Shown: positions 48,901-63,700 of the stretch, piece after piece | How positions within the stretch are numbered: position 1 is the stretch's first letter | How the letters are laid out: each line of letters starts with the position of its first letter | NCBI GenBank assembly: GCA_973895155.1 | Contig: OZ316896.1 | Coordinates: 12,752,549-12,816,548, forward strand | DNA length: 64,000 nt | Reading direction: 5' to 3' | DNA from: Marsupella aquatica | Taxonomy: Eukaryota; Plantae; Marchantiophyta | Notes under the pieces: model-generated | Told to the model about the DNA's origin: nothing | The model's database searches: none | What the model saw: the letters and a program-made list of their open reading frames with translations, nothing else | Program-made: the position numbers and the translations under genes

Positions 48901-50891
48901 CAAGTTACCTTTGTACCACTTGATTCCCTGACTGACTGATTCGCCACCCCATGTCGCCTCCCCTCTCCTAAATAGACGACTTGGATGGTGAGTAGGTGCT
49001 GCCCTACTGGACAAGAGGCGGACAGATAAGTCGTGCAACTAGCTGGGTTGGGGAATCTGGAAGTGATGGAGTGGAATCTACAGGACATGATTGTACTGTG
49101 TGGATGCATTGAGAGCGGGAGATTTACGTATATATAGGACCAGGGAGCGTTCCATCAGGTTGGAGATGCGTTCTCGAGCACAGCGTCAGAAATTGTGAAG
49201 CAGCAATTGCACAATCTCTGTGAAAAGTGGGATGGAAATTTGAGGGTCGCGTGACCTCTCATCTAGTTCCTCGTAACGTAGCCGAGCACGTTGAGCTTGA
49301 ATCTCAATCCCACTTTTCACATGCGATTGTGAGGTGTTTGACGGCCTTCTTGTTAAATAGGACACCAACAAGTGTTTCAGTTCTTCAGGGTGTTGTTGAT
49401 TGGCTTTGTCAGTCTGTTCTCGCCACTACGGGAAGAAGACAACAACATCCTACAGCAACTGTATACCCTCGACCTAGCATGGGGACTGTCGTGATGGTTC
49501 CTTTTGAGGTTGGAGGGAACGTGCGTGATGTATTGAGCGTTTCTTGCCATGTTCCCGACCTCTTAAGTCTTACGAAGATGGAGTGGGATAAAATTCAGTG
49601 CTGAGTACACTTCGTTCCGTGGGATCTGATTTCTTCACATTCTATGTCCTAGCAGTTTCCTTCCCTTTTGTTTTCCTTGCAAATTTGGTTATCTGCTTCA
49701 GATGCTGTCACTTCTCGGTCATTTGCTTTGCAGGTTAGGGAACGTGATCCAAGAGTCATAGTAATTCCACAATGCGTACTTCGCATTCGGTGTTGTTTTG
49801 TGCCTGGCAAGGTAAATGGAATGATATTTCTCATACTGTGAGTACTTAGATTCCCGCTTCGAGTGATGGTCGGTTCTCGGCGAATAGCCTTAGACACCAA
49901 TGAGTTGCAGTTTGGGGGGACAGGCTAACATGGACTTGTTGAACTCTTGAAGGGGCTATTCAATTGATATGACTTGTGTTTCTCGGATACTTGTCGATGA
50001 CAGTTTCGCACGCGTCCTACTGCTTAGTTCGAAGTGTAATTTTTTCTCCCCTGCCAGTAGATGGCGGATGTCACGGCCTTCCCCGGCCGTTGAGTCTTTC
50101 AGGAATCCGGAGAAGATCGTATATGGGGACAGGATAGTCCAGTCCATTTTCCATCAGGTGTCGATTTCTAGTGCTTCTGTTGTGATTGCACACTGGAAAG
50201 AATCCAGCGATCCTTTCTTGCCTTCTGCCTCGGCTTACAAGTCGCCTCAGTGATCGGATCTTGGACCGAACTTTCTCGTTGGAAATATCATTCGGCATGA
50301 TTATGCTTCACAGTACTTGATAGCTCGTTTGCTTTGACGGGATTTCTCCTTCGGTCATACGTGCATAAATCCAGTTGAATAATCCTTCGTTTCTTGGAGG
50401 GATTATGGAACTCCGGGACTTCGAACCATCCAGCAGATTCTGCACGGAAGCCCTTGATCGTCTCTTCTCTTTGAAAGGTGCCATGGTTCTATAATTGAGC
50501 CATGCACTGCCTCATCTTAACCGTCTGCGTTCGAGATTGTCTGGGCAACCTCGAGTATGGTAACTCACCGCAGAATCTGACAGTGCTCTTGTCCGTGAGT
50601 TAACGCATTGTGACCTCTATCTGCATCAGCATCAGCATCAGCATCCTCAAAGTGTGGTATCTAGACCGTGCCGAACGCGCCAGTGTTGCTATCTACTTGC
50701 TTGCCCACGATCAAAATGGCTGTTCTTAGTACCACAGGGGACACAAAAAGTTGAAGTTTGACTGTCCATAGGCATAGGATCGTGGTGGGGAATACGTGGT
50801 TTCGATGTTGCCAGTTGGTAGTTTCGGCATATTTCTGTAGTAAGAAATAACATTATCTTCCTTCAGTGGTTTGAACAACAATAATGCCCCT

Positions 50892-50973
50892 CGATGATTA
50901 TAGAAATGTAAGGTATCAGAAGTTTTGACTGACGATGATTATAGAAATTTAAGGTATCTGAAGTTTTGACTGA
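50892..50973. repeat. 41-bp tandem duplication
   Basis: cgatgattatagaaat(g/t)taaggtatc(a/t)gaagttttgactga, two copies. Confidence 0.85.
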
Positions 50974-51741
50974 ATGTTACATGTAAAGGCGATCCAACAG
51001 TCAATGGCACAAGTGAAGTAAACATTCATCACTGAAGACCTTTGTTTACTGGAACATAAGGCACTCACAATTGGCCGTCTACGAAGACTGTACATCGAAT
51101 GGAATGGACATTTATTGCGATGTGAGCTGCCCGCGTGGGCGTGACGACGGCTATCTCAGACCCTTCAACAGTTTCTTACTGTTCGAGAGCCATGCCCTTT
51201 ACATGGACTTTCAATGACCGTCTTCTGTCATTAGCTGCAAACCAGAGAAGAGCACTTTCAGGTCTCCACTCAGTTCGCCCACTGTCAGGATTTGTGGGAG
51301 GAGGATCGAGTTTTATATGAAAGGTGTGTGCTGTGCGTTTTATTATTTGCTGGCAAATAGTAGCGTTAAGAAGAGCACTAACTTGCAAGTGCAACCATAC
51401 GCAGACTGATGGAGAGAGAAAACCTGCAATGAGTAAATTCCTGAGGATCTCCTCTTCCACGAGTCTGCATTGATTTTCACCAAATACTGAGCCTTTTCAG
51501 TACTAGAAAGATGTGCGAGATGTAATGATGACATCGAATATTACAGTTAGTTCAATGGAAAGAGAAAAGCGTACTCACCGTACTCATCAATACAATTACA
51601 ATGAGCTTTCATGAGCCTTCAACTTAGCTGCTCTTGATTATGTACACCTTTGATTGCTCTACTGTACCAGAAGTGTGGAAGACTGTACACTCGAGTTTCA
51701 ACGTCAACAGACGTTTCCGTTGTTCTCCGCCACTACTTAAT

Positions 51742-51941
51742 CAAACTTTCAAGTGCACATCAGAAAAGGGACACCTGAATGTGATATATCCTTCCAATTT
51801 CTGTTCCAAACTTTCAAGTGCACATCAGAAAAGGGACACCTGAATGTGATATATCCTTCCAATTTCTGTTCCAAACTTTCAAGTGCACATCAGAAAAGGG
51901 ACACCTGTATGTGATACATCCTTCCAATTTCTGTTCCAAAC
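51742..51941. repeat. 65-bp tandem repeat, 3 copies
   Basis: aagtgcacatcagaaaagggacacctg.. at 51751, 51816 and 51881. Confidence 0.92.
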
Positions 51942-54073
51942 AGTCCTCGAGATTGTTAATCCGTGTTCTCTAGGTGTCTCGATCTACTTTGCCGCCCAGC
52001 CACCCAAGAGTCTACTTTCACTGGTTGGTTGTATAATAAAGCCTCCGATTTCTACAGAAAGAAACAGAGTCTCGTTTCTAAACAATTTAAAGAAGGATCC
52101 CTCTCCTTGATTTTTGGGGTTGGGTTTGCCTCTTATTAGTGTAGGCTTTTGTCTCCCTTCTGTGGACCACTTTTGCTTTACCTTCGTTGTACGTTGTTGC
52201 TCGATCTTGTTGTCTAAATTGTGGTTCTTGTTTCTTCTGTTTGGACAAGTGTTCTGTTTCCAATGAAGTAGCACTGTACGGAGATGGAGAGGATAATAGA
52301 TAAGAAAGCCACGCCAATCATGAAAATGGAGAGTAGACTACTTGCACCATCTAAATGGAGAGAATGATAGATGCTGAAAAAATAGGTTAAGAGGCTAATA
52401 ATTTTCGTATCTACATTGCATAGGAATATAGGTATGCTTGCTAAGAAGGTTTAGTAGTCTACTAGAAGCCTTTCCAGTGGAAGAATGTCAAGTTTTAAAG
52501 TTACTTGGGCACACGACGAGTAATGCATGAGCAGTGATAAACTAGGATCATACTGACTAGCTAGAAAGAAGGTATGAATGAGGCTTACTGGTTTGCTGTC
52601 TATTGATTCCACCAACGCAGGAGTTTTTGGGAGGTGAGTTTGTTATCTTCTTGGGGATATAGCCTTTTGTTGGCCACTTAAATCCTTAGCTCGTGAAGTA
52701 GTCTAATTTGGTTATTGCAACATGCTACAGAATGCATTTTTTCTTCTCCTTCACGTCAAACTCCACCAGATGATCCTCTTTGACACACCATATAGTGACA
52801 AAAGTAAATTGGCAACCTAACACCCATGAAGCTGATGGTTACTTCCAAAACTTCTAACCTCAGTTAGAGTGAGAACAAAACAAGGCTAGGGCCTTTTTAT
52901 TCATTTTTTGGAAGCATGTAGAAGTTAGTTAGTGCAAAACTAAGTAAAGGGTGTAAACTCAATCAACAAATCATCACATGTCAAAGAGGAGGGTTCCCCA
53001 TACCCGGACTCCCCGTGCCTGCCCCCTACTCACAAGCATACATCAAAATTTTCTGTTACCAGATAAACTATGGTCTATGGGTTCACTATATGGAGTAGGT
53101 CATGAATGATAGTAAGACTCCAGTTTCCTATTGGACTATATATAGATTGTAGTGAACACCCACTTGTTGATCATACCTGAGATCATACCTTCACCAAGTT
53201 TCTTGTATTGGTATTCCTACTTTGACCTTATTGTAATCTTCTTCTAGAACACCAGCAAATACAAGTACCAAGCTGATCTTGTCAGTCTCTACAGAGTCAA
53301 TAAGGAAAGCCAAGTTGATTAGTTAGGTTGTCTCAGTCCCATAAAATCTGGAGTTATGGAAAGCAACATAGGTATCAATATGACTATCTCCCCATGTGGG
53401 AAGGATATACATGGACCTCCAAATTCGGGGGTCTCATTATATGGAGGCCTCCCCATCACCTGCGACATTTTTAGATCTCCGGCCCCCTAAAATGTAAGAT
53501 TTTTAAATAATTTTAGACCCCTGTAAAGTTGGAATATTCCAAAAATTTGATGTAAAAGACCCTAATGTTCTTATAAGTATGAAATGTATTAAAAAGACCA
53601 TATTGCTCTTCTAAGAAAATTCTTAAGTCTTCCCTTAGAACCAATAAAATGGCCCTATCCTTCATCCCACCTGATATGTCATTTTTGCGGAAGTGAAACG
53701 CCCAAGCCTCCTAACTGGGCTCCAAACCCTGTTTACCTACCGCAACAACATCCATCAAACTATTGCTTCTATAGGATATTTTACCTAGAGTTTCCCTAGT
53801 TGTAGACAAGAACAGGCCAATCAAAGCTCAACCCCTACGAGTTGGTAAAGATAGGTAAGAGCCAATGGTTAAGTAACCCCCCCAATCCCCATATAGACTT
53901 TTGAGATGCGAGATGAACGCGAGACACGGTATTAAATTTTCATTGGTCACAGATTGTCTTTGCAGACTTAAGGTTGAATCCCTTTCAGATATGTCATTTC
54001 TACTTGTTCTTGAAGGAGAAGGTGATCAAAGGGTGGGAACTCCACTACATTTGAATACAAGAAGGGGTTTACT

Positions 54074-54325
54074 TTCTAATTAACCTTTGTAACCAGATTT
54101 AAAACTTGAACACAGAAAATCATTCAAAGTGCCTCAAGCAGTGTCTGTTATGTTGATTTGATTACCATCAACATATTGGAGATTTAGTCTAGTGCGGAGG
54201 GGAATTCTAATTGACCTTTGTAACTAGATTTAAAACTTGAACACAGAAAATCATTCAAAGTGCCTCGAGCAGTGTCTATTATGTTGATTTTCTCACCATC
54301 AACATATTGGAGATTTAGTATAGTA
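54074..54325. repeat. 131-bp tandem duplication
   Basis: ttctaatt(a/g)acctttgtaac..gatttaaaacttgaacacagaaaatc at 54074 and 54205. Confidence 0.88.
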
Positions 54326-54447
54326 CAGAGCCCGAATTGTTTTCTACATTATAGTCTTTGCCTATAGCATGCTTACTCCAAAATATGTACAAAGTTGGAA
54401 ATCTATGGGCTCCGTTAAAATCTTTGTCTATAGCATGCATGAGATTT

Positions 54448-54727
54448 CCAACAACTACAGTTAGTTTTCACTCCCAGATATGAATGGCTAGATATAGGCA
54501 ATATATAGACTACGTGTAGATATAGGAAATAAGTTATCTATGGAAATAAGTTGGAAATCTATGGGCTCCATTATAAGTTGGAAATATATAGACAGAGTTG
54601 GAATAGTGTAGAATAGTTGTCCCAGAATGATATGAATGGTTTTTTACTGAAGCTCACCAACAACTTACTACACTTAGTAGCATACACCCATTCATATCTG
54701 GGAGTGAAAACTAACTGTAGTTGTTGG
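54448..54727. repeat. Perfect 40-bp inverted repeat with a 200-bp spacer
   Basis: ccaacaactacagttagttttcactcccagatatgaatgg (54448-54487) and its exact reverse complement (54688-54727). Confidence 0.9.
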
Positions 54728-57700
54728 TACAGTTTATCACAAAACTTTGAACATTAGTAGCAAAATGAGTTCTTTCTCTAGACATGGTTCCATTACTCAA
54801 TATCAGGCATTTGTAAATTGTTTCACCAACAGTATGTACCTCAAGCATGGCAATCCTGGAGTCCTTTTCATTAGAAGACTTTAGATTGATTGGTCACAGA
54901 CTTTGTTCTTGCCTTTTAGTTTTATATTATCCTATTCCCCCAACTTGTAGAATTACTAGCCTGCCCCCCATTTCCCATACTAGCACCTGGTACCTGGCAC
55001 AATTTTCCCATACTAGCACCTCCAGCAGTACTACTTTAGTCCTGAACCAGGTTCCCCCATCTAAACTCATGGGAATGAGAGTGTTAACTACTGTTTACGA
55101 GTTCTAGAAGCAAAACTATCTTGTTTTGGTCCCGGTTTTGGTCCCGCGGTTGCCCTGGAGGTCGCATGGACAGATTACTTGCCATCTTGAGTTAGTATAG
55201 TTGGGTAAGTCATGCCACATGCACATTGGGGGCAAGCCTATAATTTATTAGTTGTGGGGGCAAGTTAGTAATATATTTTGACTATTTTGGGGGACCTAAC
55301 TAGTTTGTTTTGGGAAATATGGGGGCTGGAAACCATCAACCCTAACTAGCTATTTAAAAATGGATAGTTCCACTAGGCTTTGGAATGTATACCCAAGGTT
55401 GAAATATTGTGAGCACCTACTATTGCCCTTGTCAGCTGTTGAATTGAATATATCATGGACCCATCCACTTCCAAGCTCAAAACACAATGGACCTGCAAAC
55501 ACAATCATGACAACGAGCCAACCTATTACAAAGTTGAGCTCCACCAAGAGTGGGAGACAGATTGATCAGATACACAAACTAATGGAGTGTTTCTATCAGA
55601 ATCTAACATTCTGACAGGTTACTCCACAACAAAGCACTTTAGCCATGCTCAAAACTATGTTTTTAGGCCAGATCGGACTTACAACTACTATTGGGCTGTG
55701 CACAAACATAATCAAGGGACTCATCCTAGAAGAATATTCATTTAGTGATCCTGGATTTCATGTTAATGCTGTATTGTGAGCACCATATATTCCAAAATTC
55801 AATAGTCTTTTGTAAATGAGGTTTCATGAAAGAAACTAGCCCAATGCCCCTCTGTTGCATGATTAGCAAGGGTGAGGCCTACAGGGAGGGCGAGGCAGGG
55901 ACCATACAAGGTGGAGAGTGTGGGGAGGTCTTGGCAGATCCAACGGTGACAAAAGAAAACAGTTCTCAACAAACTCCCAGGATTTCTTCCCTTCCAGATG
56001 GCAATCATATACAGACTTTGGCCATAATGGGCGGGATTGGACATTACCGTGTAAACGGGGTTCATGAAAACATTGCCTTTGATGGAAAGAGGTATAACTC
56101 CCAATTGGTGAGATCAATCCAAGTATCGGAATTCGGAAATACTAGATTTGAGGTCTGTCCTGTGCCAATAAAAAGTTCAGAACCAGTCATTTCCAGTAGT
56201 CGATTCCAGAGTCATCTGAACGACGGGGTATAATCACTTGATCCTCTCTCTCTACCCACTCGGACTACAGTAGACACGTGCTTCGGGAGTAATAATTACA
56301 TGCTTGGCACTTTCTGCACAGCGATTTAAAGGTCTGAATTAAAGAACATGGTATAGAAAAAGCAAACATGTTTTTTGTAGTATTGCCGAAATAGAAATCC
56401 TCCTTTCATTGGGGTATTGCAGAAAACAAAGGGCGGTGAAAGAACGTCATCAATGCTCTTGCACATGGTTATAATCATGTGAACCGCGGATGGAGAGCAC
56501 CCTGTAGCTTCGTCCAATCGTTGCCAGCTATTTCAAGACAAGAATTATCGCACAAGGGTTACATCGACAGGAACGATGTAAGCCAGGCCCACCTCGAGTC
56601 CTCACTATCGTTCCATTCATCCACAGTACAAGGCAGTGTGTGCAATTCCTTTCGAAAAGGAGACAAGACCATAGCGTGATGAACCTTGTCGGAATGTCTG
56701 CAATTGCCGGATCCTTCTGTTCTCTCCACTTCCTTGTTTCTGATTCCAATAATGCAACTGTAGAATCAAGGCAGGACAGTATTTACCACAGCTCAATCGA
56801 TTTGGGGTTTTCAGACTAGGAGAATAGACAGGACCTTGTCACAATCTCCCGAAAGCCTGGATAGTGGCTGACGATTAGGCACGAATTCATTTTTGTATTT
56901 TCGTGACATGACCTAGAAGATGGCAGCTCTAACTGCTCTGATTTCGGTATCGTAACCGACCATTGACCCCGATTCTGGGTCTCTCAATGGTAAGGAGATT
57001 GCAGCATGTTGCATAGAAATGGGTCAAAGATCAGCGGTCGACTATAAATTGACGCGGTCAAAGTGTGGTCACATACAATGCCTGTTGATACTAGAAGAAA
57101 CAAAGTCGGGGGCAATGAAGGCCGGAGGAGTCAAGGTTGTTAGCTAGACCGTTCTCAGACTAAGTTCGTGTAATCTGAACAGATGTGGGAACCGTTCAGA
57201 GCACCGTAGTTCGTGTATGTGAAAAGGATCGAGCTATAAGAGCCACAACTGAATCATGTCGTCCAGAACATCCTCTGGTTTCCCAAGTTACAAAACCTAC
57301 AAAAGCGGTTGACGTCTTCGAGATGCGCTCACTTGTCAGTGATAATCTTGATAAAAGGTATAGTGCAGCATAGAGTCAGTGTACCCAAGTTGGTCCCACC
57401 TTCAAACTCGTTGAAGAGAACATGAACGGACTAAAAGATTAAGAGTGAAAGTGAACAATTAAGAAAGGATCAGATTATGAACCGTTTCAAGTAACTAAGT
57501 ATATTAATCGTGTTGGATAACCGTGTCGGAGGGACCCGGAACACCGTAGATAGACTATGCAAGGTAACGATCGTCTTCTTGGCGAAGGAATTTCCCACCC
57601 ACAGCCCTTGAATTGGAATTGGACTAAGTACATAAATTTATACGCGGGAGAAATCTGATCACCATTTGAGAAGGAAATGTGAGAAAACAGCTGTGGGAAT

Positions 57701-60700
57701 GAAACTTAGTATGTTCTTGTCTGGCCACAGTATATGCATTCGTAAACCAGATGCACATGAAATTCAACACAAGTACAGTAGTCGATCTTGCTAAGATGCA
57801 GTTCAGCTAAGGACTGGAACCCCAATTGCACATAAGAGGATACCAAGCAACAGGCCGCTGCCGAAAAGCTAGGTGGCCAAAATGTGGACTACTCTCATTT
57901 GGTCCATCTAGTACCTGGTTACTGGCTGGTCAATTGAATTTGTCATCCATTAGAAGTTTGGGCCATCTTTGCATTGTCAGAAATGAATTCTGGAAGATTA
58001 TACCAATCCTTGATAACGACCAATTGACATGATCCACAACAATATCTGCAGTAATGCTGCTCTTTAAATGTTTAGGTATCATGACCAGAAGATTCCTAGA
58101 CCAACATCATGTGTTCCGGAATTGTCTAAGTGACGTTTAGTTGGATGGGGCTCCTGACCCGAAAACAGAAGGAGGTAGATTTTGCATTTAGTGAAAGCTT
58201 AATATATGGGCATGATTGAGACACAATCAGTGTTATGATTGCCTGTAAGGTTTTCCCCATCTGCTCTGCTGGAGAGAATGCCTTCCAGTACTGATAGAGT
58301 TCCCATGGAGGACTCGTTGAGCAAGACTAGTGCGAATGACCCACCCACTCTCGCTCGCTTGAGCTCGGCTGATACGTAATCAAGCTCACGCCGCATGGAA
58401 TTCTGACATCCTCTTGCGCAAAGTATGGATTGCTTTTAAATCTCGTTCATGAGGGATTGATAATTATGCCATTTCTTTGGTGGGGGCAGCTGCACGCTTC
58501 TGTCACTACGGAAACGAACGAGATCGTAGCTGGACGATCGTAGCACGGTACTACAAAGGAAAGAAAGTAGACAAGGGATGGCAGTATGGCACCTCGCTGG
58601 ATCTCCTCCGTGCATCTCTGCAAAAGAGTGATACCGTACGCACGGTACCAAGCCCGGCGTGTCTTCAAGGCCCAGTAATTATGTGATACACTGTGGCTTT
58701 ACAAGCAGCTGCTGAAGTCTGACCTCTGACAGTACTCTATGCGTAGTAGTGTCCTTTTCAATCTCCAGGCTCGAAATTCCCTGGCGCGCGCAGGTGCACG
58801 CACTGCATAATCTTCGCATATAATTATCGCTTTATGCCTGAAGTGAAGCGTACAGTTTCCTTGACAAAGACATATCTAAAAGCTGTCCCCATTGTCCTTT
58901 GTCTGATGTCACTCCTTGTACTCCCATGCACCACAATGGGGCTGGACCGACCTACGAGACTTCTTCACACAAATACAACCGATTCGCCCATTCAACTGCC
59001 TATGACTTTTCGGCCATCCTTTTGACCGTGCATGCATTGACCCCGTGCTCGCTCGCTCGCTGATAAGCCTCACTTGGTCCTTATTTTACTCATTCCCGAG
59101 GGTTCAGTAGCGCACCTTAATAAACATTTATGTCCGTCCTGCCATTCAGTCGTCTCGGCATACATGCTGCTGCTGGGTACGGATTGCATTGCATTGCATT
59201 GGTTGCCTATGGAGCGTCCCGGCATCCTAAATACCGGTAGATATTATATGTGGACTCCTCACTACTAGAGTACGGTTCCTTTTGGTGCCTTCGTCCTCTG
59301 CATGCGACCCGCCTGATCAATGAATAAATGAATGACCAACCTTTCCGTCCCGGCCCCTCGGTTCATTCTAGTCGATGAGCTCATCGGCTCATTTTGTAGA
59401 AGTGTACAATTTACAGACTCGTTGGCACTATCCTGAGGACCCGTAAATAGAGAACATTCAAGCCCGCTGTAAGTAGAAAACTAGAAACTCACCTTGATAG
59501 AATCCCCAGTTTACACTGGCAGTGCAACTGACGTTATGCCCCGAGAGTCACGGCTAAGAAGTTTCATATTACACCATAGCCCCTGAAGAGAGGCTTTCTG
59601 TAGTGTTATGTAGTTAGATTCCCAGGAAACTAGGATCGATGGTTGAAGTGCCATTTACATGTTTACCTTGTTGCTTGCATGGGAGAAGGGAAGATGAGAA
59701 GATTTTGATCCCTACCAGAGATTTTGTTTCTGTTCTTGCATTCACCTGTGCTTATAGCATCCCCATGAGCCCTGCTACTCGAGACCCAGAATCGGGGTCA
59801 ATGGTCAGGCATCTCGAGCTGAGTTGGTAGATCTGATATTGAGAAAAGGCATCAGATCTGATCCAACTGTATCTATCGAAAGAGTTTTACAAATTTGATT
59901 TCTTGAATTGTGTCCCCTGAGTTGTCTTCAGATCATTTGCAAGAAGTTGGGGAAGTTAAGATCTTGGCAAGTCATCAACTATAAAATCACTGAATGATCC
60001 GCACTACAACAGTCCAGTAGGTAACTAAATACTAGCGTCTACAAGAACCTGCCAAAAAGTGGTCCATCTTTCCACTCAAAGTCTCTCTCACCACAATCTC
60101 AATCTCACGGCTTGCGAACGAGCGTCGTCACCATACTTTTAATTATTCCTGGGGCGTGAGTCAAGCCACACTGTAGGTGTGACTGGGAGTTTCTCAAGTC
60201 CACTAGACGACGGTATGAAAATTGTGTTCGGGGCTATTGTATCACAGATTGTAGCTACAGTAGCCTTCCACCGCACCCACTGCAATAATAAGTTGTATTT
60301 TTCCGCACACTTCCTTCCGTTGCATCATTGGGAATATAAGAAGGAAAAGTTCGCAGAGGAGGAAAAGTGACTAAAAGTGATGTCACGGATGTGGGGACAG
60401 TGAAATCCAGTAGTACATCATGTTTAGGATGGTCGGTACTTACAAGCTGGGCCCTGGAAGTAAGTTGTTATTTGTTTCGTTGTACTTCATGATTGCACGG
60501 AGACCGCCGCTGTTCGAATTGATTTGCGCCAATTCAATTTCTGAATGGAGCAATTCGAACAGGTTTTTCATGTTTCAGGGGTAAAGCGAAAGGTGAATAT
60601 ACTCACCCCAGAATGTAAACCGACCACGGTGATTTAACCGTATCATTAAGATGAACATTCTTGCTGAATTGAAGTAACAACACTAAAATAAGTACTTTAC

Positions 60701-63700
60701 TACTGATAGTCTTAATATTGAGTACAGTACTTTATAGCCATCCGATTGGTGTGCGTGGAGTTATCAATTACTGCTCAGCGTCTCCCTTTCCAGTGAGAGG
60801 CATCCCACTTACACCCAATCATAACTTTGTGTCCATGCATCTGTCACTCGGAGCCTAGGAAATTAGTTTGTTTTATAACAGGACGTTTCTGATGATTGCC
60901 TAAAGAAGCATACGCTTCAGAATTATTTTTTGTACAATCATGTTGTGCAGTACTTGGTGTGAAAGAAGAATGTGTAGTACTTTGGTTAGAGGTATTCTAT
61001 AATGTGAGCAAAGGGAATATTGTTAGCAAGATACTTGTGATTTTAAATTTTTTTTGCTTTTAATTTTTAATTTTTGGTGTATTTTTTATTATTCCAGATG
61101 GCTAGTGAGATGGCTAGCAAAAAGACTAGTCCCCAAAATGGATGTTATCAACCAGGTTATTGTTAGCGAGACAATTGTGTATACAAAAATTATGGGTCAT
61201 GTGAGTAAAAGTTTTGCTCATGCGAGGAATTTTTTTACTGGTTCCTTGCACTCTACAATGACCCTTTGGTTAGAGTCTTCCTATTGGAAGGCTTGATTGT
61301 CTATTCTACAATACTAGGCCAATGCTTGCCTCAAGACACTCAGTTTGACACCCAAAATGAAAAGTTTACCTGATGGACAGGATGAGTGAGGATATATTTT
61401 GCAATGGGAGTCTATGAATTAGCAATCTACTCTGTAAAAGCAAGCATCCACCATAATTTCCCTGGTAACAGAAAATCTTCATATGCTTGTGAGTAAGGGG
61501 CATGGGTAGTCTGGGTATGGGACGCCCTTCCTGTGCATACCCACAGGTATTCAGACTAGTTAAAATTTATCTAATAAAGTGTTATTGAAAACTAGAGATA
61601 GTGCCTATTGTCTAGAGTGAAGACTCTAGACCATGACTCTTGGGGCACAAGTATGGTTGGGGGTGGTGGGACTAGAGACCGGCTCAATGATTGTCCTAAT
61701 CTATTTATGAGCAACACTTGGGGACTCATGTTAGTAACAGCACAAATGCAGTTACTTTACCTAGTGTGAATAAACATTTCACATTTACACTCTTGGGAGT
61801 GCTTACATGGTTCATGGCTGTCAGCTTGAATGGGTGCTGGATGTGGTCGCTTCTGCATGTGTGAGTAAAGCTTGAAGCATAAATGGAAGTCCTGTTTCGA
61901 ATAGAAAACCATTATTTACTATGTTTTCCTGGTGCTCTTATCCAATACCGTATCGACTTCGTTCATGGTGAAGAAGAGGGACAGTGGAGGTACATTACAG
62001 GATAGACAAGACAAAATGTAATCATCAATTGATTAACCAACGCTCCAGAATGATTCCCTGAGTTTCTATTCCATCGACTGGCTCGATCACAGAGTACGGG
62101 CTCATTAGTTAGAAAAGGTCGGTACAGTACAATTCAATAGAATTATAGACAGCAAGCGAACCCATACTGTACTGTCTTGCTCACTCAGATCGACACTCAC
62201 CATATGGGAATTCCGGCTTACAAGATCGAGTACTTTACTGCTTTTGCGTCGATGTTAGCAAATAATAGAAGCTGGGACTGTGTTGATTCCCGCTTGTGAG
62301 ACTCGTTGAAATATGCATGGCATGCGTAATTGCGCGCTCGTGATTCCAAGCTTGCACAGCCAGGGCGAGTGAGTGATTCCCAGCTATGCCGGCACCGTAC
62401 CGGTGCGTAATTGATCGAAGAGAATCGGAGCGGCGGATGTTATTTTGTACTGTAGTCCTCTTTGCTCAGAATCCTCAGCACTGCTGCCTGAGCCTACTCG
62501 TTATAATTAAAGCAACATAAGCGTAACGTACGCTTTCTTCTTTCTTTCTTTCTCTCTCTCTTTCTTTCTTTTTGTCTTTCTTTAAACCACGACTACGGTT
62601 ATAAAAGACATGTATCACACTGCCAAGAACAAAATGAGGCAAACCAGGGGACTAGGCCTCCACCTTAGCAACCACCAACTCTGTGTATCACGGAGTGTTC
62701 TAATCAAACAATGTGGTAAGTACCTTGTCCGTGGCCAAAAAGCTCATTGGTTACACGAAGACTGAACAAAGTCACTGCCTCCTAGGTACCCTTCCATCCT
62801 CCCTATTCAAGTGGGCACGGACTACAAGCACATACCAGGCCTGCTGGCTAATTTGCCAGACTTGTACACATTTGTTATAAACATACCCTTTTTCCAGATA
62901 CATACTGTACACAAATGGTCACACCACTGACTTCACTTTGTTCAGCTCAACAAGATATACTACTGATTTTTGAAAAGCGTTTGACCCCCTACCAGTTTTT
63001 CTAGTCAAAATTTGGCCCAGATTTTTCCCTGAACCTTACTTTGAAAATGCTTTCCCGATACAAAAGGAAATAGACACTTTGATCCTTATTTAACAAAGAG
63101 GGTACTGCTCAAATCTAATGGTTCTCCTCAAATTCAGGGTTCACATAGCATGTGCACATGACATGTGCCAGAACTGTATAATAAAATTATTTCCCAGTGC
63201 ATCATAGGGCAGAAGAATACACTTACACTCCTTTCCCAAAATAAAATAAGGATGGCTGAATCCCCTCCCCCCCCCCCCCCCCCACCAACAAATTTGATGA
63301 CCAGCAGCTGGCCTGCGACGACGACTGTGGGTCATAAGAAACCATGTTCCATTTATCACCACGGTACCTTTTTGCAGAAACTACAGTACGTCGCTCTCTT
63401 CACACCCTTTTCAATTTTGGGGTCCAGACACTAAATGCATTGCTGCAAAGGCCCCGCTAAACGACGATTTCCATTACTTGCCTAATAGCATTATTTTCCA
63501 ACCTGGGATGCGTGGACCACTCTCTAACCAGTCGCCGGTTTATACAGACTTCAGTAGTGTGGTCAGTCTCCGAACCCGCAAGTACAACGGTGCCACTGAC
63601 ATGTCAGGAGGTCACTAAAGGACTGTCCCATGCTGTAGTTGTGTTTACAGTACAGATGTTTTTCATTTACGAGAGGGAAAATGGATAAGTAACGTTGTGA

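Noticed and set aside
50502-50513. miR408-like atgcactgcctc
   Set aside because: Only 12 nt match and I saw no supporting hairpin.
62611-63062. Solo LTR bounded by TGTATC...GATACA
   Set aside because: The flanking 5-mers (agaca / aaagg) do not form a TSD.
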